Shown: positions 37,959 through 49,656 of the stretch, in pieces
How positions within the stretch are numbered: position 1 is the first letter of the stretch
How the letters are laid out: each line of letters opens with the position of its first letter
DNA from: an uncultured Planctomycetaceae bacterium
GTDB lineage: Bacteria; Planctomycetota; Planctomycetia; Pirellulales; PALSA-1355
Assembly (NCBI GenBank): GCA_963715755.1
Contig: OY970273.1
Location: 6,121,797-6,185,796, forward strand
Direction of reading: 5' to 3'
DNA length: 64,000 bases
Made by a program: the position numbers and the translations under genes
The notes under the pieces: generated by a model
What the model was told of the DNA's origin: nothing
What the model saw: the letters and a program-made list of their open reading frames with translations, nothing else
Databases searched by the model: none

Positions 37959-38458
37959 GGCTTGTCCGACGCCTTGTGACAGGTGTAGCAGCCCTGTTCG
38001 ATCATCGCCCGATAGGCCTTCTCGAAGCCGCCGCGATCTTTCGCCGCCAGCGCTTCGCCCAAACGCTTGAGCGGCGTGGTCTCGACGGCCTGCAGGATGG
38101 CCACCAGGTCGATCTCGCGGTCCTGGCTGTCCTTGCGCTTGGGCTTGAGCCGCACGGCCCAGTTCAGATGCGATCGGGTCTCGCCGAAATAGAATTCCGC
38201 CAGCGGCCAGTTCTCGTGCTGGCCGGCGAACCACAGGTTCGTGAAATGATAGCCCACGTCCTGCATGGCATGGGCCTGGTCGGGCACGAGCTGCTTGAGT
38301 TTTTCGATTTCGTCGCGCAGGCTCGCCAGCGTCGGCTCCGGCGGCGCGGCATCCGCGCCGGCCAGGGCGGCCGACCCGCGTTCGTCGCGCTGCCCGAACC
38401 AGAATGCGCCCAGCGCAAGCGCCACAGACAAAGCAGCGATCATCGATCGGCGGAACAT
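37880..38458 (-). CDS. periplasmic protein with a single C-terminal CxxCH haem-c motif; class II (cytochrome c'-like) candidate
   Basis: Only the last 193 codons of the 726-aa track ORF 37880..40060 look real. From ATG 38458 the sequence is MFRRSMIAALSVALALGAFWF..., a signal/anchor. A helical region follows, then ...YRAMIEQGCYTCHKASDKPYL close to the C-terminus. Confidence 0.6.
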   Translation of the reverse strand: MFRRSMIAALSVALALGAFWFGQRDERGSAALAGADAAPPEPTLASLRDEIEKLKQLVPDQAHAMQDVGYHFTNLWFAGQHENWPLAEFYFGETRSHLNWAVRLKPKRKDSQDREIDLVAILQAVETTPLKRLGEALAAKDRGGFEKAYRAMIEQGCYTCHKASDKPYLRPQVPQTPEAQVINFDPQAEWPK

Positions 38459-38535
38459 GGCCAGCGTCTCCCGGAGGTTGGTGTGTCGCTTTCGTCCGGC
38501 GCCATATCGTGCGCGCCGGAGTTTCAGCCAGACGG

Positions 38536-40836
38536 TCATTGTAAGGGTTCGGAATTCGCCGGGCGATGCACCGCGGCCAACAGCAGCGGCAAAACGACCA
38601 GGTTGCCGAACATGCCGCCCAGCATCGTCAGGCCCATCAGCGCGCCGAAGTAGATCGTGGGCACAAACTCGCTGAAACACAGGGCCGCGAAGCCCACGAC
38701 CAGGGCCAAGGTGGAAAACACCATCGCCCGGCCGACGCTCTGATTCGCCGCGGCCAGGGCCTCGTGCACGCTCGCGCCGTGGGCGCGCAGCTCGCGATAG
38801 GCCGTGATGTAATGGGCCGAGGAATCGACCGACAGGCCCATCGACGCGGCCGCGATCATGGCCGAGCCCATGTTGATCTTCAGCCCCAGCCAACCCAACA
38901 GCCCGCTGACCATGAACACCGGCAGCGTATTGGGCACGATGGCCACCGCGGCCAGCACCGGGCTGCGAAACGCGCACAGCATCATCAGCAGGATGCCGCC
39001 GGTCGAGATGGCAAACGTCAGCCACTGATCGCGCGTGGTGCTTTGAATCAGGTTGGTCAGCAGGACGAAGAAGCCCGTCACCTGCGTCTCGCCGAAGGCG
39101 GCGCTCGTGGCCCGTTGGACCTCGGCGATCAACCGCCCCTTGGCCGCCGATTCCTGCCGCTCGCGCGAGCGGAGCATCACCCGCACCAGCAGGCGGCTCG
39201 GGTCGCGCGGGTCGCGCGTGACCAGCGAACGATAGAACTCGGGCATTTGTTTTTCGGCCGCAGCCAGGGCCTCGCCGAGGGCCCGCTCGCGCCAGGCCGG
39301 CAGCGGCACCAGGGCCAGATTGCCCAGCGTCGAAGCGTCGATCACGTCGTAAATGCTCAGCACCTTGGTCAGTCCCGGCGCGCCCTGGCCGGCTTCGCCA
39401 GCTGTGCGGATCGTGCGCAATTCGCCTTCGAGCCGGCCCAGCCGCTGGAGAAAATTCCAATCCAGTTCGCCGGGCGCGGGGATCAGGATGTCCCACACGC
39501 CGGCCCCGCCCAGGTGGTCTTCGACGAACTGGTAGGAGCGCACGACCTGGCTCGTGCTGCGGAAGTTCCTGGTGAAATCGGTCTCCACTTCCAGTCGGGT
39601 GCAGCCGATCGCGGCGGAAACCGTCAGCAGGCCCGTGGCCAGCCAGAGCCGCCGGGGATGCCGCTCGATCCAGTGACTGAGCCGGTCCAGCCCCAGGTCC
39701 AGGTGCCCCTCGCCCCAGGCCCGGCGCGGGTCGGTGTCGAATCGGCCGGCCAGCGCCAGGCCGGGCACTACGGCCAGCAATGCCGGCAGCACAACTAGCG
39801 AGCCGATCAGCATCATCCAGCCGAAGTCGTGCACCGGCTGCACTTGGGCGGCAATCAGCGAACCGAAGCCCGCCGCGTCGGTGGCGCAGGCCCAGAACAC
39901 GGGCGCGGCCAGGTCGCTGCCGGTGCGGGTCAGCGCGGCGCGCGGATCGAGCCCCGTCCCCCGCAGCTCGCGATAGTGAATGATCAGGTGAATCACGGCC
40001 GCCACGGCAATGATCGTGACGATCGACGAGAGCATCGAGCTGACGATCGTCAGCCGCCATTGGCTGTGGGCGATGATCCCCTCGGTGACCACGATCGAGA
40101 CCAGCACCACGGCCAAGGGCACCAGCACCCAGCGCAGCGAACGAAACGAATACACGATCACGGCCAGCAGCAGCACCAGCGAGACCCGGCCCAGCCGCCG
40201 TCCGTCGGCCTCCAGCAGGCGAAAGCCGTCGACCACCATCACGGGTTCGCCGACGATCGTGCCCGTGGGATCGTGCGCGACCGCGGCAGCGCGCAGCTGG
40301 TCGACGATCGTCGACTGGCTCACCGGCGACTGCGAGTCGAGCAGGCAGACGACGGCGGTGGTCTGGCGATCGGCGCCGATCGTATAGCCCTCGAACAGCG
40401 CGAGCAGCGAGCGCGAAAGCGGATTTTCCGGCTCGGCAATCCGGTCTCCGAGCGGCCCGCTGGTCAGGCTCAGCACCGCGGCCACGCCGGGCACGCGCTC
40501 GAGCGTGGCGGCCAGCCGGCCTACGCGCGCAAGTCCCGCCGGGCTCATCAATTGCGGGTCGACGTAGGCCACCAGCACGACCTCGTTAGCGCCGAACGCC
40601 TGCTTGAGCAAATGGTAAGGCTCGAGCAGCGGATCGCCGGGGGCAAACATGTTCTCGATCGTGCGATCGAACTCCAGTTGCCGCGATGGCGCATAGCAGG
40701 CCGCCGCCGTGGCCAGCGCCACGAGCAGCAGCGGCCAGCGCCAGGCAATCAGCCAGTGCACGAAGCGGTCGGTGCGGGTGTGATGATCGGGCATGGGGCC
40801 GGCAGGGCAGGGACGGAGATTACACCACGGAGGCAC
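38536..40836 (-). CDS. MMPL/RND-superfamily exporter (COG1033-like)
   Basis: 766-aa ORF; an alternative start at ATG 40794 gives MPDHHTRTDRF.... It has two blocks of about 6 TM helices each, with periplasmic loops. Sequences such as ...LEFDRTIENMF..., ...VTEGIIAHSQWRLTIVSSMLSSIVTIIAVAAVIHLI... and ...MGLSVDSSAHYITAYRE... are typical of MMPL/HpnN-type transporters. Confidence 0.8.
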   Translation of the reverse strand: MPPWCNLRPCPAGPMPDHHTRTDRFVHWLIAWRWPLLLVALATAAACYAPSRQLEFDRTIENMFAPGDPLLEPYHLLKQAFGANEVVLVAYVDPQLMSPAGLARVGRLAATLERVPGVAAVLSLTSGPLGDRIAEPENPLSRSLLALFEGYTIGADRQTTAVVCLLDSQSPVSQSTIVDQLRAAAVAHDPTGTIVGEPVMVVDGFRLLEADGRRLGRVSLVLLLAVIVYSFRSLRWVLVPLAVVLVSIVVTEGIIAHSQWRLTIVSSMLSSIVTIIAVAAVIHLIIHYRELRGTGLDPRAALTRTGSDLAAPVFWACATDAAGFGSLIAAQVQPVHDFGWMMLIGSLVVLPALLAVVPGLALAGRFDTDPRRAWGEGHLDLGLDRLSHWIERHPRRLWLATGLLTVSAAIGCTRLEVETDFTRNFRSTSQVVRSYQFVEDHLGGAGVWDILIPAPGELDWNFLQRLGRLEGELRTIRTAGEAGQGAPGLTKVLSIYDVIDASTLGNLALVPLPAWRERALGEALAAAEKQMPEFYRSLVTRDPRDPSRLLVRVMLRSRERQESAAKGRLIAEVQRATSAAFGETQVTGFFVLLTNLIQSTTRDQWLTFAISTGGILLMMLCAFRSPVLAAVAIVPNTLPVFMVSGLLGWLGLKINMGSAMIAAASMGLSVDSSAHYITAYRELRAHGASVHEALAAANQSVGRAMVFSTLALVVGFAALCFSEFVPTIYFGALMGLTMLGGMFGNLVVLPLLLAAVHRPANSEPLQ

Positions 40837-41128
40837 GGAGTCACAGAGCAGGGAAAATTAACGGCCCCGGGCGCCGCGCATCGCCACTGCCGGGCATTGC
40901 GCTTCCGAATCCGGACGCATTTCATCCCGGCATCCACGCTGCCTGGGCGATTGTTCCGGCACCGTTTTCATCCTTTTGCCTTTCCCTCCGTGTCTCTGTG
41001 GTCCATTTGCCAAATTGCGCGGTCCAGTGCCGCGCGCTGACTATCGGCGCAGCACCGGATCAGCCAGAATCGAGCGAGGAGCCCGTAGTATTCTTGCAGC
41101 GGACGAAAAGGCAAGGCGAGATCCGACG

Positions 41129-42460
41129 ATGGAGGCCGCCGAACGCAAAAAATGGCCGCTCGCGCAGCTGCTGATCGTGCTGGTGCTTGCGCTGCTCGTG
41201 CGCAAGGCCGCGGCCGACTGGTTTCCGCTGGACTGGCAGGCCGATCCCGACGGCTACGTGCGACTGGGTGCGATCCTGCATGCGACGAATGAGTTTGGCG
41301 AGGCAATTGACTTTGGTCCAGGAGCGGCATGGGCGTTCGGTCATACCGCGTACCGCCCGCCACTCTATCCCCTGGTCGTGGCCGCGTGCTTTTTTTCTGA
41401 AGGCGCCGAACGGCAATTGCTGTCCGCCGTTCACGTTGTATGGGGAGCGGCCACCGTGGCGCTCGTGTTCCTGCTGGCCTGGCGCTGGGGCGTGTCGCGG
41501 CGCGGCGCCTGGCTGGCCGCGGCGCTGGTGGCAATCGATCCGATCCTGCTCAAGCAGGCCTCGCTGCCGATGACCGAAACGCTTGCGGCGCTGCTGGCGG
41601 CCACCGGCCTGCTCGCGCTGACCATCGCCGGCCAGCGACTCTCGGCCCCTGCATCGCTGCTGGCCGGAGGTATTCTGGCGCTAGCCGAGCTGTGCCGGCC
41701 GACGTTCCTGGTTTGGCTGGTGCTCTGCGGGCTGGGACTGGTTATCCTCGCGCCCGTCGGGCGGCGCCGCATAACGATCGGCTGCGCGTTCTTCCTGACG
41801 GCGGCAGTCGTGATCGCTCCCTGGGCGGTGCGCAACTACCTGGTATTTGGCCGCCCGATCATCACCACGACCCACGGCGGCTACACGTTGTACCTGGCGA
41901 ACAATCGTATGTTCTACGATCACCTGGCCGAGGGTCGTTGGTTCACGCCCTGGGATGGCGAGAAGCTCAGCGAGCCGCGCCGCGTGGACGCTCAGCTGCG
42001 CCTCGTAGAACTGGAAAACGATCGCACTCTGTACCACGCAGCGCTGGACGCCATCCGCGCCCAGCCCGGCATGTTCTGCGTTGCGTCGGTCTATCGGCTC
42101 AGCCGGCTGTGGGGCATCTGCCCGCTGGCTACCGAGACGAATGAGTCGCTCAAGCATCGGGCGCTGCGCTACGCGGTCGCCGTGTTCTACGCGCTTGAGT
42201 TTGTCCTGGCCGGTTGGGGGGCCTGGCGGGTGGGTCGAAATTGGCTTCGTGCGCCTTGGCTGTGGGGGCTGCTGCTCGTGCTGTCAGTCACGGCCGTGCA
42301 CGCCGTCTACTGGACCGACATGCGGATGCGCGCACCCCTGGTCTCTGTAATTGCGCTGGCCGCCGGCGCGGGGCTGTCGGGAAAAGGCTCGGGCCCGCGC
42401 GGCCAAGCCCTGAAGGCACAAGGCTTTGCGGCGAGCGATCCGGCCGCGAACCTGCCTTGA
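41129..42460 (+). CDS. ArnT/PMT-like (GT39/GT83) membrane glycosyltransferase
   Basis: Taken from ORF 40976..42460. I place the start at ATG 41129 (MEAAERKKWPLAQLLIVLVLALLVR...). It is a polytopic membrane protein with an early D-x-D/Y-type loop (DWQADPDGYVRLG) and the general PMT_2 architecture. Confidence 0.7.
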   Translation: MEAAERKKWPLAQLLIVLVLALLVRKAAADWFPLDWQADPDGYVRLGAILHATNEFGEAIDFGPGAAWAFGHTAYRPPLYPLVVAACFFSEGAERQLLSAVHVVWGAATVALVFLLAWRWGVSRRGAWLAAALVAIDPILLKQASLPMTETLAALLAATGLLALTIAGQRLSAPASLLAGGILALAELCRPTFLVWLVLCGLGLVILAPVGRRRITIGCAFFLTAAVVIAPWAVRNYLVFGRPIITTTHGGYTLYLANNRMFYDHLAEGRWFTPWDGEKLSEPRRVDAQLRLVELENDRTLYHAALDAIRAQPGMFCVASVYRLSRLWGICPLATETNESLKHRALRYAVAVFYALEFVLAGWGAWRVGRNWLRAPWLWGLLLVLSVTAVHAVYWTDMRMRAPLVSVIALAAGAGLSGKGSGPRGQALKAQGFAASDPAANLP

Positions 42461-42653
42461 CCCCAGCCGGCAGGGGCTCCTATAATCCCGCCCCGATCAC
42501 GTCCCTAAGAAGTTTGGCCGCTTCCATTTAGGCTGTTCAGCCTGGCGGCCGGGAAAGATTCTTCCGCGCCCGAAAGGATACGCAGCTGCTCCGGCCCTGC
42601 GCGTTAGTGCCCGTGACTGGTTCACGCGGCGCGGCGACTCGTCCGCGCCTGGC

Positions 42654-45600
42654 GTGCGGCGCTGCGCTGGGCGCTGGCGATCCTCCTGGCGCTGGCCGGT
42701 GGTTGGACGAGCGCAGCGCGGGCCCAAGTCGAGCTGCCCTCCTCGAAGCTCGTCGATCCGATTTCGATCGAAGCCGATCAGTCCGAACATTGGACGCAAG
42801 GCGCGTACGAAGTCTGGACCTTGCACGGCAACTGCCTGATCAACCAGGGGCTGACCTACGCCCGGGCGAACGAGGGCGTGGTCTGGGTCGAACGCGGCGG
42901 CCCGCAGGGCGATCCGCCCCATAAGGTGATCGCCTATCTCGAAGGCAACGTGGCGATCGACTATCAGGAAGGCGAGAACGGGCTGGTCAAGGCGCCGACC
43001 GGCGCGCTCAAAGCCCGAGTGACCGACCAGACCTGGTTCGGGCGGTTCCACTCGTCTGCGCCGCTCAAGCTGCGCTTCGCCACGCCCTCTGGGCCCGAGC
43101 CCGCGGTCAAGCCGGCAGTGTACGAGCACGGCATGGAAGCCCGGGAGCCGAAGTTCCGCCCGCCGGTCAAACCGGTTCAATTTGCCCAGCCGAACACGGG
43201 CATCAACGGTCCCGGATCGCTCGAGACGTTGCCGCCGCCGGCCGCGGCGCCGGCCGAGACGGTGATCGCCGCGCCGCCGGCGGGCACGCGGCGGATTCGG
43301 GCCTTTCCGCGCAGCGACAGCCGGGTGCAGGTGCAGTCGTTTCCGAATCAGGCCGCCGGCGAGCAGATCATCGTGTTTTCGTCGGGCGTGCAGCTGGTCG
43401 TCGACGGCATGGACAATTTCGGCTCGATCGACGCCATGACCGACCGGATGGTCATCTGGACCAGCGACCCGCGCGAGCCGCTGATGGGTGGCGACGGCAT
43501 GGTGCAGTCGGAGGACACGCCGCTGGAAATGTACCTGGAAGGGAACATCGTGTTCCGCCAGGGGGATCGCACGCTGTACGCCAACCGGATGTACTACGAC
43601 GTCCGCCGGCAGGTAGGCCTGGTGCTCGATGCCGAGCTGTTGGGGCCGGTGCCGACCTATCAGGGGGCGATTCGCGTCAAGGCCAAGGTGCTTGAGCAGG
43701 TCGGGCCCGACCGTTTCACCGCCCAGGGCGCCTCGTTCACCTCCAGCCATCTGGCCGACCCCGGCTACCAGATGAAGTCACAGTCGATGACGCTCACCGA
43801 TTCGCAGCAACCGGTCATCAACCCGCTGACGGGCCAGGCCGTGATCGATCCGAATACTGGCGCACCGGTGATCGCCCACAACCGCCGGGCCGAGATGAAG
43901 GGGAACACGGTGTTCGTCGGACCGGTGCCTGTGTTCTACTGGCCCACGATGGCGACGAACCTGGAGGAGCCCAAGTTCTACGTCGATAATTTCCAGTTCC
44001 GCCAGGACCGGATCTTCGGCACCCAGGTGTTCCTCGACGTGGACGCCTACCAGCTGTTGGGAATCAAGAACCGGATCGAAGGCACGACCTGGGACGTCAG
44101 CACCGACTATCTGAGCATGCGCGGCCCGGCCCTGGGCACCGCGTTCACGTTCGACGAGCCCAGCCTGTTTGGCATTCCCGGACATAGCTTCGGTTTCTTC
44201 GACGCGTGGGGAATCCACGACGACGGGCACGACAACCTGGGTTTGAACCGCCGCGACCTGATGCCGGAAAAAGGACCCTGGCGCGGACGCGTGGTCTCGC
44301 GCGATCGCTGGAACCTGCCCGACAACTTCCGCGTCACCGGCGAGTTGGGCCTGATCAGCGATTACAACTTCCAGGAGCAATACTTCGAGCAGGAGTGGGA
44401 CCAGTTCAAGGACTACACCACCGACCTGGAACTCTACCAGATCCGCAATAACGGCTCCTGGAGCCTGTACGGCCAGGTGCGGCTCAACGACTTCTACACC
44501 GAAACGAACTGGCTGCCGCGGTTCGACCATTACCAGCTGGGCCAGTCGCTCTTGGGCGACCGGCTGACCTGGTACGAACACACGAACGTGGCCTACGCCC
44601 AAAACCTGCTGCAGCAGCCGCCGACCAATGCGGCCGACCTGGCCCAGTTCGGCTATCTGCCCTGGGAACCGCACCTCACGCCCACCGTGCCGGGGGCCAG
44701 CCCGCAAGGCGACCGCGAAGTGACCCGGCAGGAGCTCGATCTGCCGTTCGAGGTCGGCGGCGTGAAAGTTGTGCCGTACGTCCTGGGCGAACTGGCTCAC
44801 TGGGGACAGGCGCTCGACTACAACGACTTGAGCCGGGCCTACGGGCAGGTCGGCGTCCGAGCCAGCGTGCCCTTTTCGAGCGTGAATCCCACGATCCAGA
44901 GCCAGCTGTTCAACCTGAACGGGCTGACGCACAAGATCACGTTCGACGTCGACGTCTCCGACACGCAGGCCACCTCCCCCGTGACGGATCTGCCGCTGTA
45001 CGACATGATCGACGATCAGAACATCAACCGCTACCGGCAGATTTTCTCGTTCTACGATTTCGGCACGCCGGGCCTGACGCCGTACCGCTACGACGCGCGG
45101 CAATATGCCCTGCGCTACGGATTGGAGAACTACGTGGCCAGCCCGTCGTCGGAAATCGCCGGCGACATGCTGGCGGCCCGGCTGGGCGTGCGGCAGCGGT
45201 GGCAGACCAAGCGCGGCAAGCCGGGGGCCCAGCACGTGGTCGACTGGATGACGCTCGACATGCAGGGCGTGGTCTTCCCCGACGCCAACCGCGACAATTT
45301 CGGCACGTCGATCGGCATGGTGCAATACAACTACCGCTGGTTCCTCGGCGACCGCACCACGGTGGTGTCGGACGGATACTTCGATTTCTTCGGCGGCGGC
45401 TCGAAGTACATGAGCGTGGGCATGTACCTGAACCGTCCCCCGCGCGGCTCGCTCTACACCGGGCTGATCGTGCTCCAGGGCCCGATCTCGACCACCGTGC
45501 TCGCCACGTCCTATAACTACCGCATGAGCCCCAAGTGGCTCTCGACCCTGGGCTCGACGATCGCCCTGAGCAACAGCGGCAACATCGGCGAATTCTTCGG

Positions 45601-45769
45601 CCTGACCCGCATCGGCGAGTCGTTCCTGATGAACGTCAGCATCAACGTCGACGCCAGCAAGGGGAACGTCGGCGCGAATTTCTCGCTCGAACCGCGGTTC
45701 CTCAGCAAGTCGATCCTGAGCGCCAGCGGCGCGCAGATCCCGGCCGCCGGGGCGTATGGCTTGGAATAG
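42654..45769 (+). CDS. LptD/OstA-like outer-membrane protein; start region needs a 1-nt correction or a CTG start
   Basis: Track ORF 42821..45769 begins at an internal TTG. The same frame is open back to 42617 and encodes ...RWALAILLALAGGWTSAARAQVELPSSKLVDPISIEADQSEHWTQGAYEVWTLHGNCLINQG.... That is a signal peptide plus an OstA-like N-terminal domain, followed by about 850 aa of beta-rich sequence. No ATG, GTG or TTG occurs in that frame before 42821. GTG 42654 is offset by +1. Confidence 0.65.
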
Positions 45770-46037
45770 CGTGAGCCGTGCCGCCGCCTGAGGGAAGTTC
45801 AACCCCAGAGGCGCAGAGACACAGAGAAGATCAGGGCAGGCAGGCGGAGAGTTACGAGGAGGGAAGCGCGCTCAGGACGAGGAGCGCGGCGCCGCTGCGA
45901 TTTGTTAAGCCCGTCGGCGGGGTCCGGCGGGCCGGCGGCGCATTTGGCCCGGGCCCGCGCCGACCGCTTCGACACCGGCGCTCGCCGGAAGCTCTCCGGG
46001 CCGACCGGCGCAAACGTGGCGGCCGAACCTCGCGGCG

Positions 46038-47333
<1,296 letters not shown>

Positions 47334-47608
47334 CGGTCTCTCCTGGAGGGACGCGGGTCGGGCGGGAACAGCAGGCGGTACTACGGCAATCGTAACGCCG
47401 CCGCCGCCGCTAAGCAAACATTCAGCGCACCGTCACACGGCCACGCAGGGCGCGCGTCGGCGACGGGCTCGGCTTGCCAGAATCCGCGGGATGGGTGATA
47501 TTGATTTCCGCTCCCAAGGTGCGGCCAGTTGCCCGGCAGACGGGCCAGCGCTGCGGCCCGGTGGAGTGGAGAGAATTTTTCAGACCGCCCCCAGCGCGGA
47601 AGGCATCT

Positions 47609-48525
47609 ATGCATATCCCCAACGGTTATCTGAGCGATCCGATTTGTGCGGCCACCACGCTGGCTGCGGCCGCCGGTTACGGCGCCGGCCTGTGGCAGGC
47701 GCGCCGCGCGATCAGCACGGGCAGTTGCCGGTCGCTGGCCCTGGCGGGCGCGGCCATCTTCGCCGCCCAGATGATTAACTTTCCCGTCGACCACGGCACG
47801 TCGGGGCATCTGGTGGGCGCGGCGGCCGCGGCGATCCTGCTGGGGCCCTGGGCTGCGACGCTGGTGATGGGCGTGGTGCTGGCGGCACAGGCCGTGCTGT
47901 TTGGCGATGGCGCCTGCGCCACCTGGGGCGCGAACATGCTGACGATGGGCATCGCCGCCCCCTGGACCGCCTGGGCGGTCGCGAGCGCGCTGCAACGCTT
48001 GCGCCCGCGGCGCCGCAGTTCGCGCTGGCGGCGGTGGCCGGCTTCGTCTCGGTGCTGGCCGCGGCCAGCGTCTGCGCTCTCGAGCTGGCCGCCTCAGGCA
48101 GCGCCGCTCTGGGCGAAGTATTGCCGGCCATGCTCCGAGCGCACCTGCTGGTGGCTGCGAGCGAGGGGCTGTTGACGGCCGGCCTCGTGGCGCTGGTTGC
48201 GCGCCGCGCCCGCGGCGCGTCGCTCGCCGACTCGAGCCCGCGGCGGGCGTGGTTCGAATCGCTCGCCGCGTGCGCCGCGGCCGTGCTGCTCGTTGCCCCG
48301 TGGGCCTCCGCCGCGCCGGACGGACTGGAGAGCGTGGCGGGCCGTTTGGGATTTGCCGCTGCGGCTGCCGATGGACTTGCCGTGCTGGCCCCCGACTACC
48401 AATTGCCGTTCCTGGGCGGTTCGCCGCTGGCGATCGGGCTGGCTGGCCTGGTCGGCGTGGCCGTCGTATTGGCGGGCAGTTACGGCGTGGGGCGATTGGC
48501 CCTGAGCCGCTCGGCGGCGCGCTGA
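47609..48525 (+). pseudogene. CbiM/NikM-type ECF transporter substrate component fused to a PDGLE domain, frame broken near 48010-48022
   Basis: From ATG 47609 the sequence is MHIPNGYLSDPICAATTLAAAAGY...INFPVDHGTSGHLVGAAAAAILLGPWAA...LFGDG..., a CbiM/NikM signature. It turns to junk after ...ALQRL. ORF 48034..48525, in another frame, continues with TM helices and ...WASAAPDGLESVAG... (PDGLE). The joint lies at a CCC run (ttgcgCCCgcggcg). Confidence 0.7.
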
Positions 48526-48763
48526 TCCTCGTGCCGCGCCGCACGGTCGGTGGCGCCGGGCAGGCAACTGCAAACAGGGGCCGCCATGCCCCGCGCCCGC
48601 GGATCGTTCCGACCGCCGGCAGCCGGTTTGGCCCTGCGCCGGCCGGGTCATTGCGCTTCGCCGCGGCCTCTTACGTCCGCGGGCCGACTGATTTATACTG
48701 GCGGCACCTTTCGGCAAATGTGGCCCCGCCGCCCTCGCTATTTCACCGCGATTCGAGAAGTGC

Positions 48764-49114
48764 ATGCCTACGATCAAGTTCGTCAAAGAGAAGAAGGAAA
48801 TCCAGGTTCCCGAGGGTGCCAACCTGCGCCGCGAGGCCCGGGCCGCCGGCGTCGAGGTCTACAAGGGCCCCGACAAAATCCTGCATTGTCCCGGCCTGGG
48901 ACTGTGCGGCACCTGCCGCGTGCTGATCACCAAGGGGAGCGAAAACGCCAGCCCCAAAGGCTGGTGGGAAACGATCAAGCTCAAGTACCTATCGCTGGCC
49001 GCGATCGGGCATGAAGACACGATGCGCCTCTCCTGCCAGACCGCGGTCGAAGGAGACATGGAAGTCGTCACCACCCCGGACATGAACCTGTTCGGCGAGA
49101 ATTTCTTCAGCTAA
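48764..49114 (+). CDS. 2Fe-2S ferredoxin-like protein
   Basis: 116-aa ORF. It reads MPTIKFVKEKKEIQVPEGANLRREA...HCPGLGLCGTCRVLI...MRLSCQTAV, with the Cys pattern C-x4-C-x2-C...C of plant-type ferredoxin folds. Confidence 0.75.
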   Translation: MPTIKFVKEKKEIQVPEGANLRREARAAGVEVYKGPDKILHCPGLGLCGTCRVLITKGSENASPKGWWETIKLKYLSLAAIGHEDTMRLSCQTAVEGDMEVVTTPDMNLFGENFFS

Positions 49115-49191
49115 ACGGCCGCGGGCCCGCTCGGCCGGTCGCGACCCGCCGGCCCAATGCCGGCGACACCCTTCGCGGTGAAAGAGTCCCG

Positions 49192-49509
49192 TTGAAAGAA
49201 ATCGTCGCGATCGTCAAGCCGTTCCTCGCCGAAAAGGTCCTCGACGGGCTCAAGCGGGCGCCGCTCGAGGCCTGCAGCGTCCGCGAGGTCAAGGGCTACG
49301 GCCGCCAGAAGAGCTATCTCGACCAATACGCCGAAAGCGAATACTCGTCGGCCTTCCTGCCCAAGGTCGAGATCACGCTCTGGGTCGACGACAGCCGGGT
49401 GGAAGAAATCGTCCGCAAGATCGTCGAAGTCGCCCGCACCGGCCGCATGGGCGACGGCAAGATCTTTGTCCTGCCCTCGGGCAGCAGCTCGCAGACGATC
49501 GATTTCTAG
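49192..49509 (+). CDS. P-II (GlnB/GlnK-like) signal-transduction family protein
   Basis: 105-aa ORF. It reads MKEIVAIVKPFLAEKVLDGLKRAPLEACSVREVKGYGRQKS...ITLWVDDSRVEEIVRKIVEVARTGRMGDGKIFVLP. The P-II fold signatures are present, including the T-loop GYGRQK and the C-terminal GDGKIFV. Confidence 0.8.
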   Translation: MKEIVAIVKPFLAEKVLDGLKRAPLEACSVREVKGYGRQKSYLDQYAESEYSSAFLPKVEITLWVDDSRVEEIVRKIVEVARTGRMGDGKIFVLPSGSSSQTIDF

Positions 49510-49656
49510 TGTGCTGGGTCAAAAGTTCCCGAAGTGGGAAGGCCGCGTACAGCACACCAGTTGCCGATGCGGTCAAACCACTTGCGTGTTTGACCGTCGT
49601 GTCCGGCGTTGCAACGAACTTGCAACTCAGGACACTAGCGCGGTTGAACCGCGCTA
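49509..49656. terminator. cluster of four stem-loops in the convergent P-II / glnE intergenic region; probable bidirectional terminator region
   Basis: The four stems are gtgtgctg(49509-16)/cagcacac(49550-57), ggtcaaac(49571-78)/gtttgacc(49588-95), gttgcaa(49608-14)/ttgcaac(49620-26) and tagcgcgg(49636-43)/ccgcgcta(49649-56). No U-tracts follow them, so they are not canonical intrinsic terminators. Confidence 0.35.

Noticed and set aside
34170-38234. 1354-aa ORF on the - strand
   Set aside because: It is antisense to the TPR-CHAT gene, which has a signal peptide, TPR repeats and a CHAT dyad. Its translation is low-complexity Arg/Gly/Pro/Ala junk.
37880-40060. 726-aa ORF taken at face value
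   Set aside because: Its upstream 530 codons overlap the MMPL transporter gene in another frame and are Arg/Pro/Gly junk. Only the last 193 codons, from ATG 38458, form a plausible gene.
43778-45802. 674-aa ORF on the - strand
   Set aside because: It is antisense to the LptD/OstA-like gene. Its composition is biased (Arg/Gly/Val/His/Asp runs) and it has no motifs. The + strand product has beta-barrel-like alternating composition and an OstA-like N-terminus.
47418-47608. Cobalamin (B12) riboswitch upstream of the cbiM-like gene
   Set aside because: I looked for one because CbiM transporters are often B12-regulated. I found only loose fragments (GGTGATATTGATTTCC, CAGACCGCCC, GGAAGGC). They are in the wrong order relative to the consensus, and there is no GCCACTG box. 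A covariance-model scan (Rfam RF00174) would be needed to revive this.
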